The position numbers and the translations under genes were made by a program. The notes below the pieces were generated by a model, which saw only the letters and a list, made by a program, of their open reading frames with translations, was not told where the DNA came from and ran no database searches. Of a stretch of 64,000 bases of DNA, positions 53,785-64,000 are shown piece by piece. The stretch is from the human T2T-CHM13v2.0 reference genome, Homo sapiens. Position 1 is the first letter of the stretch, and each line of letters starts with the position of its first letter. The stretch lies in NCBI RefSeq assembly GCF_009914755.1, contig NC_060926.1; one strand, given 5' to 3'.

Positions 53785-56700
53785 TAGGATTAGAGAATCT
53801 CATGCTCCTAAAGCCATTCCACTGTGTGGGATACAAGATAGACATTTTAGGAATTTTTTCTTCTTAAAAAGTAAATTTGAAAGAATGGATGATAGATGTT
53901 TTGAATGTCTAGATTAAAAAGCAACCATGATAGCATGGAAAATGGTTAAAGCATCCATGGTTAACATGACCATCAAGTCTAAATAAAGTCATCAGAGAAC
54001 GTCTAACTTGGAGGAGTACAACTTTCTACTATATTCTCAACTAGTTGTAAATGAGAACCTACAATATTAAATGAGTGAGATGCCTTTCAGGTTTATTAAC
54101 TGAATGTTGGGGAATGTCAACCAAAAATAATGGCTTAGGCTTTGGAATAGTTCATTTGTAGATCTTTTTGCCAGCCATAATTAGATGGCAGGTTTGGTTG
54201 ATACAGCAATTTAAGAAATACATTCATTTGTTAAAATGGTTTCAAGCTAAAGTCGTTTCAGATTGTCCCCTTTAAGCATTCTACACAGGAACCTATCACA
54301 GCTTTGTCTTCATAATAATCATTAAATTCAGTTCAAATACTAGTCATGGGAATTGTTATTTGACATTTATTTATTTTGCAATTCATCTCGAACTGATTTT
54401 ACTAGGGGAAAAATGCACTAAGGAAGTCAATCTGCTGTCTCAGCACTTATTTGTTTACAGAAAATTTCAGTGTAGGTGACCCTGTTCTGGTCGGAAACTT
54501 TACGATTAGAGCTCTTTCTGCCTCAGTGAAGAGCACATGTACTTTTCGTTTTTCTTTTCAGCTATTACCAGACTTTTAAGGGAAACAAGGCAACAGGCAT
54601 GTATTAAAGGGCCAGATAAGGGACATACTTGGATTTTTAAATATCTAATAATTTTAAGGTAGAAACTGATTTCTAACAGATAATTTGTCACTTTATATGC
54701 TAGCATGGCAGGTTTCTTCAAAATAAAATAATCGAAGTTTGGGAAATTATAGGTAGAGCTGAACTATATACAAAATAATAGCCATCCTTACATTCATAAT
54801 AAATATAAAATGCATTAATTTTTGTCTATATATTCAAAATAATGTTAAATGCTCTTGGATATGTTTTTATATTTCTTTTTTATTTTTCTTTCTTTTTTTA
54901 AATATGTAAAATATAATCCTACGTATCGAATACATGCATATGTATTCTCTTAGAAGAAAACAAGATTTTCTCATTATTTTGACATCTCCAAAATTGTATT
55001 GTTCTCTATTTGTAACTGCTTTCCTTCAATCACATTTATTGTACCTTAATTCTTATGCAATTAAAATAGGGTATTGGAAAGAGGTATTAGCAAAGATTAC
55101 CTTCTTTTTGAGGTAAAACTCTACTGATAATTCAGTTTATTTTGCTTAATTTCCAGGGTCTCTATAAAATAGCTTTTTCACAAGTATATATATTATTTTG
55201 CTACATGGTTTTACTAAGAATTAATAATTTTAATTCTTCTATGATGATTTCTGATGATTTTGGCCCACTTCAAAAGCCAAAATGAAACTAAAATCAAAAT
55301 AAATAGAAAAGTACTGATGGCCTATGAGGTCATTAGAGTGTGAACACATAAATTACAGATATGTACATTCTAGAGACCCTGAAGAATTAAGAGAAAGTTA
55401 AAATTAGCCAATTCATTTGAAACATAGAAATAGCTTAACTAACCCCCAAAAATCTAATTTGATTTTCTTCTTTTTACCTTTCAAGTTTTTTCGTCTATTT
55501 TAAGAAGGCATTGAAACTGCTAGTCTAAACATACAAGATTAGAGATAGGGCTCACACTAAGGTAGATTGGTCAGAACTGGTTTAGAGAAGTTTTTGTTTG
55601 ATTTCCACATGTTTTCTTATTTTAAATTTGAACATGATGCCAACAATTAAAAATTAAGGTACTTTATATTGAAAAGAAAATCTATATTTTGGATGTTTCT
55701 TGAGAAGTCAGGACTAGCTCTTAACGTGGACCACGGCAGCTATCTGCTAGGGCTGTGCACTGGTGGCTTATTTTACCTGGGCACTTCTCCCCAGGTTGCC
55801 CAAGTTCCATTTCCAGTATTTATCATATAATACCTATCTCCCATAAGATTTTAGCTTCTGTCTCCTAGGCTAGCCTGAGACCCAAATGATTCTTATTTCT
55901 TCTAGCAAAATATAGAATCACAGCATTTTCTTATTTTCTTTCTGGCAACTTCCCCACCCACTCCCTAATGATAGTAATATAATGTGGAAAGTAAAACAAG
56001 CAGAAATGTTAAATAATCCATTGTGAGATAAACTGGCCACAATCTCTCCCACTCACTTGGAGCACTTCTCTGTAGAGCCCATCTCTATGCGTGAGAACTC
56101 AGCTTGAAATGAAATCAATGAAAAGACCAACTATTTTTATGTCTTTCTTAACCCGGGTTTACATGATCTTTAAAAGATATACTTTTCTGAATGGCAACAG
56201 CATTGCAGTTTGTGCAAACCTTCAGGCTACACTACAGATGGTGCCATTTAGCAATGGCCAAATTGCTAGTTACAACCCTCTAAAAAATGCAGAGTTTATC
56301 ATAGAAACTCTGACAGTCGCTGGAATATCGTGTCTCTTTTGGGCATTGTTTTAACAAATGCATTTGAAAGAAAAATGTTCTCAGTTAACTACAGTTCCCA
56401 GAATACCTTGTAGAACATTCTGTCTCTATTGATCATAAACTGGCATAGCCACTGTGCTTCCTCTGGCAGAACTCAGGGGAAAGCAAGCAACTGCATTATA
56501 TCATGTGACAAACTTTATGGAAAATACTAGTGTGCAGTTTTATCAGTATTTGCATTCTGTCAGTACAAGATAGATCTGAAATCTATTTTTATCCAACAGT
56601 TCTTATTAAACCAAGAAGATTGCCTGTTACTATATGTAGTTGTTTCAAGCAGTAGTGCCTGATGATACTTTTTGTAAACAATTGAGAATAAATCCAAACA

Positions 56701-57371
56701 AGCTAAAAAATGTTTATTGCAAAATACTGTAGTTCAAGAAAAATTACATCTGCATGGGCTGCATATTTTACATGAAATTTATGGTGCAGTTTCTCTTCAT
56801 TAACCACATCTCAGAGAATTTTCAAAGCATCAGCTTGCATATTATTAACATGTACTTAAAATAACAATATCGAAAGCTTCAAGATTAAAATAAAAGGTGA
56901 AATGTAAAATGTAAGGTGCCTTCAGTGTGTTTGTATACATGTAATTTGCTTTTTAATTAAAGTGAACTAGACCTTACCTAGCCCAGAGAGATTAATAAGT
57001 ATCTCATTCTAGTACAACTATTCTCCTTAATAAAAGCAGATGGAATTCATTTTCAAAAGAAAAAAAATTAGTATTAACTATCATTGCTTCTTTTATGTGG
57101 TTAAACACATATAATTATTCTACCACATTTTTCATGGAAAGGAACAGTGACAAAAAGGCAATTACAGCATGTGAATTCAATCGAATTTTTTTCTATTACT
57201 CTGTGTTATGGATATGTGTTTTGTGGGGTGTTTGATTGGTTTTGTTTACTTTTTGCCACTTGTATGCATTCCCTATTATTTTACAGCTTGAAATTCTTGA
57301 AAAAAAATCTGTGTCATCAACTGTATTTACAATGCATGTAGTATTTTAACACATTTGAAAAGCTAAATATG

Positions 57372-57651
<280 letters not shown>

Positions 57652-57854
57652 TGTGAAATAGGAAAACTATTAATAAAGGAATCTCTGCAAATTCCGGTAT
57701 TTTATTATCCAAGTGTTCTTTCTTGTCGGTTATACCTAGATCCTTGAGGGCACTCCTTCAAAGTCAGTAGGAGACGGATTCTGATATGTTATTTCCTCTA
57801 TGCACAATTTCCATGTGTTATCATGGAATGACCATGATTCACGGAATTGACAGA

Positions 57855-57982
57855 ACTGAATTTTAATCCAACTGTTATCTCCTAAACTGTGTGATGCTGG
57901 GCAAGTCAGTTAATCTGTCTGAGCTTCAGTTGTTTCATTTGAAAAAACAGCTAAGAATATCTGCTTCATAGAATTGAGAGGG
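57855..57982 (+). mobile_element. MIR, split by MSTA; resumes at ~58404-58460
   Basis: MIR core ctgtgtgatgctgggcaagtcagttaatctgtctgagcttcagttgtttcatttgaaaaa. Confidence 0.75.
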
Positions 57983-58398
57983 TGATATGGTTTGGATCTG
58001 TGTCCCCACCAAATCTCATGTCAAACTGTAACCCTCAGTGTTGGAAGTGGGGCCTGGTGGGAGGTGATGGTATTATGAGGGTGGATTTCTCATAAGTGGT
58101 TTAGCAGCATCTACTTCGTGCTGTTCTCGTGACAGTGAGTGAGTTCTCACGAGATCTGGTCATTTAAAAGTTTGTGACATCTACCCAGCACACCTCTCTC
58201 TTCTCCTGCCATGTAAGACATACCTGCTTTCTCTTCACCTTCCACCATGATTGTAAGTTTCCTGAGGCCTCCCTAGAAGCAGAAGCCACTATGCTTCCTG
58301 TACAGCCTGCAGAACCATGAGCCAATTAAACCTCTTTTCTTTATGTATTACTGAGTCTCAGGTATTTCTTTATAGCAGTACAAGAACGGACTGATAGA
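57983..58398 (+). mobile_element. MSTA solo LTR
   Basis: tgatatggtttggatctgtgtcccc...cagcctgcagaaccatgagccaattaaacctc...ggactgataga. Degenerate TSD gaggg/gagag. Confidence 0.93.
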
Positions 58399-61300
58399 GA
58401 GAGTTAAAGAGATAATCAGATAAGTGCTAATTAGTGTTCCCAGCACAAGTAAGCCCTTTAAAAAGGCAAAAACAATGACCATTATTTACTCTTCAAATGT
58501 AAAGTAATACCTGAAGGTGGTCCAAATCACCCTGAGTTTGTATAAAATGCTGTTTCTTTGTTTTTAATAATAGAGTCAAAATCCTTCACTTTTTAACTGC
58601 TAACCACCATTATTTACAAACTTCCCATGCTGGCATACCCCAAAACTTTCTTTCTAACTAAGCCTCCCATCAGTGGTGTACCTAACCCTGCCCTACATGT
58701 TCTCCAGGCTCCCCTAGTTTGCACTTGGTTCTCAATTTTGTCACTCTAATGAATTCCCAGTTGTCTTTCAATGATATCTCTTCAGATGCAACAAGATAGA
58801 AATAATCACCCACAGCTTCTCTATTAGAGCAGCATCAAAATCTTCTCCATGCATCTGTTGATATTGCTTCTTGGACTATAAGCTGTTTGAGCTATACCTT
58901 AGCGTTTCTCCAGCACTGATGCAATATCTGCAGGATGCCAGAAGAGAAGGAGTAACATTATTTGAAAAATACACCCTATGGAAAAGAAAGGAGAGTTCTA
59001 ATACCTAAATGGGAGGTAATAAAACATTGTCAAAAGTTAGTAGAAGTCCACCTTTTAAGAAGGAAGAGTTGCAGTTTGTGCTAATGTTCCTCAATCCTTT
59101 GTTTTCAGGTTAGAACTCTCACATTTGTTTTGCTGGTTCACTCTGCCCGTGTTCTACAAAAGCCCCAGTTGCAGTCTGAGCTGTGGCTCAGCTTCCTCTC
59201 CTCATCATAGAATGTTGGCTCTGGGTAATCCTCCCCTAACCTGCCCAGTCTCAGGTAATTTAGGCAGTGAAAAAAATGCAATTCCAGTGATCTAGACATT
59301 TAAAAGTAATTCTTAGAACAGTAAAATGTCATTGCAGATAAGAAAACATCATTTGATAGTCAATATTTTTCCTCTTAATTATTGTTGCTCTAAAACATGT
59401 ATTTTATTTGTTTCAACAGTTCTGAAATGTTTGCTAATGTTGCTTGCCATTTCTTTGCCAAAACCTACTCATTCAATTCCATTTGACCTGGACAATTCGA
59501 CGGACACAAAGGCTGAAAACACTGCAGAAAAATCAGTCTCCATGTGCTCATCAGAGATTTTGGTGACTGAATCTTATTTTGGGTGGTGGAAGATGAAGTT
59601 ATAAATCAGGATGTTTTTAAAATAGCTAAACTCTACGTAATGCCTCTATGATTTCCAAGTGAAAAATAAACTCAAAGGAAATTTGAAATGTAAAAGTCTG
59701 TAAATCTTTGTGAATGTTATGAATTTTGTACCATATTCATGTATTCCTTTGGAAAAAAATTGAATTATTTAAAATAAATTAAACAGAAGAGTCTTGTAAT
59801 AATAGATTTGAACTCAGATGAATGCAGTCTTTAATTCTTTACTTTTCTGTCTTCTCATCTATGATTTATTCACAGACAAACTAGAGAAATCTCATTGATC
59901 TTCTCTTTAAATAAGATAATCTGATATATTTCTCGATGTATTTTTATTTGAGTAGTTCACATCTAAAAGGAACCCAAGTGCTCTTAACCCTTTTACTCTC
60001 CTACTGCACAGAGCTCTTAGGCTTCAGATCAGCACTGTTCTCCCTCAGCGGAATTATAGAGAACCATACAATTTGCTTTTTGGTTTTATAATATGTGCCA
60101 TAAGAACTCAGAAAACAAAAATTCCCAGTTGTTTCATTTGCTAGCTAGAGCTCAAATCTTTACTACCCCCAAAATTCCAGCATTGAATTTCCAGGCCACC
60201 CCACAGCAACTTCATTTTAAAAATATGTTTGATTTTATTTTCCTAATCTTCTTGCAGCCTTTCTTTCTTTCCCTTTCCTCTCTATTCCACTGCTGCATGC
60301 TTTAATTTTGCTTTCAGTCGGTAGTTTAAAAACTTTAGCTTCTAATAACTGGAAAAAATGGTTATTTAAAGATAACTGCAACTTGCTTAACATGCCAGGC
60401 TATCATATGCTCAGTGCTTTGAAGCTGCAAATTAATGACGAGCAGGAACAGTGACTATCTTTCAGAAGAAACTGACCTCTTTCTAATGGCACATCGCTAA
60501 TGTCATCTGTCTACTGCATCTCATTATGTGAATTTCACGGAGTTAAAAAAAAAAGTATCTTAAGGCTGTGCACAAATAAAAAGGACCTTCTAGTATTAAG
60601 CACTTTGAAAATTTTTGATCTCTCAAAACACCTTCCTTAGATACTGCTTCCCCCTTTTGTGCATGGCATGCTGCTTATGTCATCTATTCTCTGTGACTAA
60701 TTATGTTAATTTTGTGCCATAAAAGTAACTGAAGGCTGTTAAGGAATAAAAGCTTTTGAGTGGCCTTATTTCATAAACACCCCTTTTGAACAAGGCACAT
60801 TTAGTCATATTTGCAGTAACAGAAAGAGTCTTGTGCTAAAAATACAACAAAGGCTCTTGAATATGGCCATTTATTCCCACTTTATTAGGTAATTTATGAA
60901 AAAGTATGAAGGGAAGCCTTTTTGTTACTATAATTTGCATAAAGCTGGTGCCCCATTAATGAGATAACTTCCTGCCTTTTGTGTATCACCAGCTGGAAAT
61001 AGAAATGGGGGAACTTTTCTGTAGCCCAATTACTTAACCTGCTGAGTTCAGAGTTGGAAAATAAACAGGATTCCTATTTGCCGAAGAACTTTATTTTGGT
61101 TCCTCTACCCTGATTTTTTAAAATAAAAATAATTAGAAGAAAGATGAAAGCAAAATTTTAAAACTAAAAATTTCAGCAAGGCTTAATGTTAGAATACGTA
61201 TCTACTTCTGGAGAATATTACTTATTTAATAATCATATTTTCATCATTAGAGGAAAATTCTGATCTACTTCTGCTTTCATTGATTGGATCAAATAACATT

Positions 61301-61660
61301 TGATTATCCATTTGAGTATATGGAACTATAAGTATGACAAAAGAAAAAAAATTGTGAATAAATTCTAGACAACTTTTTGTGGGAGAAAGGGAGCAAATAT
61401 TATGATCTGCAGTCCTTCAATAAAAGATATTTAAAAATTTCATAATCATCATAATTGTATACTACTGAAAAATACCTTGGTAATACAATACATAACATGA
61501 TAGCTATTTATTAAGGCCCCAAATATGCCCAAAATAGTACAAAATTTTGCCATGTACGGTAGATATTCAATATATACAGTAAACACATAGAAGAATAAAA
61601 TAGGGGCAAAAGAAAAGGGATGATTCTGAAGTTATAACTTGTTTTTACACATGCTCACAT

Positions 61661-61677
61661 ACACACACACACACACA
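61661..61677. repeat. (CA)n
   Basis: Read directly from the sequence. Confidence 0.85.
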
Positions 61678-64000
61678 ATATTAGTAAGGCTTTGCTTACT
61701 CCCACAGAGTCTATGAAAAGGAAAATTTTGCTTATTGATATGGAACTATACTATTTACTTACTCATTTGAAAACTATAGTTCAATCAAATTATGCCATTA
61801 TACTTTTTCTTCCCACATTCCCTAACCCCAGCACTGTGAATGTGCTTTCAGATGACACGTTATAAAGGCTGCTCAGTGGAAAATAAGAGTAAGGACAGAG
61901 GGGCAAAGCCATTGTCTTTGACTAGAGTTAACAAATAAGTTAGAGAAGTGGATGGTCAGTCCCGTGGTTTCATCCTTAAAAAGAAGGCATTGAACAATTT
62001 GAGACTGTATTAAGAAATTATCTTACCATTGGGCAGAAATGCTGGTTTTCTGTACACCCCTTATTACATCTTGGGTATATTATTGTTTTCTGAAATAATA
62101 GAAATAGTTGCAAAGCCTTGGGCTTTGAAAACCATCACCATTCAAGAATGTAGTTGCATTTTGTCAGCCACTGAGCTCACAGGGGCTAATTTTTAGAGTT
62201 AAGCATGATCACATTTACATTCTACTTATATATTTCTTCTGTAGGTCATCTATAGTTTAATGCAAAGCCTGGCTTCCACTGTGTTGCATTTCCTTCATTC
62301 TTTAGGAGCCTACTTGTATCTTACACCCTTGAATGGAAGTTTATTAGGCATACTGTACTCATTCCTTCACTTACTTCAGGTCAGCATTTCCTAAACATAA
62401 TAATCCACAAGACGGTTTTTCCATGATATGTCTACCTTCCATATCTTCTTAAATTCCAAAGAATTCAATGTGAGAAATGCTGTTCTGGGAAAGTAACTTT
62501 CATGTCTGAAGTGATCTATTGGGGAATTCTTCCTTTTCAGTTGGTTTTATGTTCTACATTGTTTGATTTAAGATAATTAATAAGCATAGAAAATAAGTTC
62601 TATTCTTAAATCAATGGAGCTTACTTTTTTTTTCAACATAGACTTAGGGTAAAGAGCATAAATAGTGCTCTGGCTGTGGAAAACACCTCAAAATCCCAAG
62701 CAGTAGTATCCAAGAAGTTACCAAGGAATCAGTTGGTCCGAGTAGGCACTTCCTATTCTGCTTTCTTCTATTACCTGCAGTGACATACATTCCACTTGCA
62801 GAAAGAAATGCACTCCACAAATTAGTCATAGTTTCCAATTTTTTTTTCAACTGGACTTTTGACAAAATCTATAATTTAAATTTTCATGATGATTAATCAT
62901 TTGAACCCCCGGAACATAAATGAGAAAAAAAAAAGTGTAATGAGTAATCATCTAACGAAAAAAAAAAAAACCTACACCAAACTTAATTAAACTCAGTGGA
63001 GAAAGTAGCCAGAATGACAAAGCAAACATATATTATTTTTATTTCATTTTTTTGGAAACCCAATATTTTATATTTTAGTTACCCTATTAAAAAATTCTAT
63101 GTTCCAGCTCTACCGTTCTATATTTTGACCCAAACTTTTCCAACATAGACCTGAAAATTAGTTGATCTTACAATCTGTGACAGTTGCAATGAAGAATTTA
63201 AGTAAGCTCTATATTAGTTAAGTAATATTTAACATTGAGTGTTAGAATATTAATTAAGCAATAATTTGAGGACATATTATATGGGCATATGTTATCATCT
63301 TGCAGGGTGAAGACGTTATAAATATATAGTTCTCTCTCCCCTTGCCACTTCTTTAAAATTTATACAAACTCTCTCAAAATAGCTCATAAAAGGAAAACCT
63401 CACTCAGCATAAAGTTACTATACTGTTAAAACTATGTAAAAGTATTGGGAAGCTATAGGGGAAAGTTTGAATCAACAAATATTTTCGACATTCCTACTGG
63501 TAACTCCAAGGCCTTTTTTTTTTCTCTGTTCTTCTTCCCCCTCCTTGTCTGTTACAAGTTATGACGTGTGGATGAAGGCTTTTTCCCATGCAGTAATGAC
63601 TGTATACTGAGATTTCAAGGGGCTGTTCATGACAATCCCATTTTCTGTGTAATTTCATGGTTGTCTTCTTGAATGAAGATATTGGCTGCTCTGAAGCAGG
63701 GGTCAGCCGCTCCTGCTCCCTTTCAGTATTGTTCCGGAGTATGTTTCCTTTCAGCTGATGAAAAGTAATTCATCATTTACACCCCTGAATTCTGCCAGCA
63801 TTTTTTGAACAACTTTTCTTTCCCTGTGGTACCTTAGGCCCATGAAAGAGATAAATAGGTTCAATACAACACCAGGCCCCAGATCCTGGGAGCAGGTTAG
63901 GCCTCTGAGGCCCCAAGCTGCCCCTTTCTCATGATAGAGTTTGTCACCTTTCTACCTCCAGAAGTCAAATCCTGTCGACTCAGCCATCTTTCAGGCTCTC

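Noticed and set aside
63510-63570. Polypyrimidine tract followed by AG, a possible splice acceptor
   Set aside because: No convincing downstream exon or donor; cannot be supported without transcript data.

Overview
This is AT-rich primate DNA, most likely human or great ape (AluY, AluS, AluJ, LTR12C, THE1 and L1PA elements are present), and looks intergenic or deep-intronic. I found no credible protein-coding exon, tRNA, rRNA or CRISPR array. The ORF-track entries I can recognise are fragments of decayed transposons: ERVL gag/protease/RNaseH-region/integrase, L1 ORF2, and LTR12, THE1 and Alu read-throughs. The window is a mosaic of MaLR, ERV1 and ERVL LTR elements, L1/L2/MIR relics, hAT DNA transposons (MER20, MER3/33, MER5, MER30, Zaphod) and microsatellites. 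Three things stand out. (1) A complete CpG-rich LTR12C solo LTR with a perfect 4-bp TSD is nested in an MST-type LTR, which is itself nested in an LTR33. (2) A ~4.2 kb decayed ERVL internal region carries an apparently non-viral ~550 bp insert that resembles a retrocopied mRNA 3'UTR. (3) Several elements show post-insertion deletions. I see no evidence of a new multi-gene biological system. Family names come from recalled consensus features, not from a database search, and boundaries without a stated TSD are approximate.
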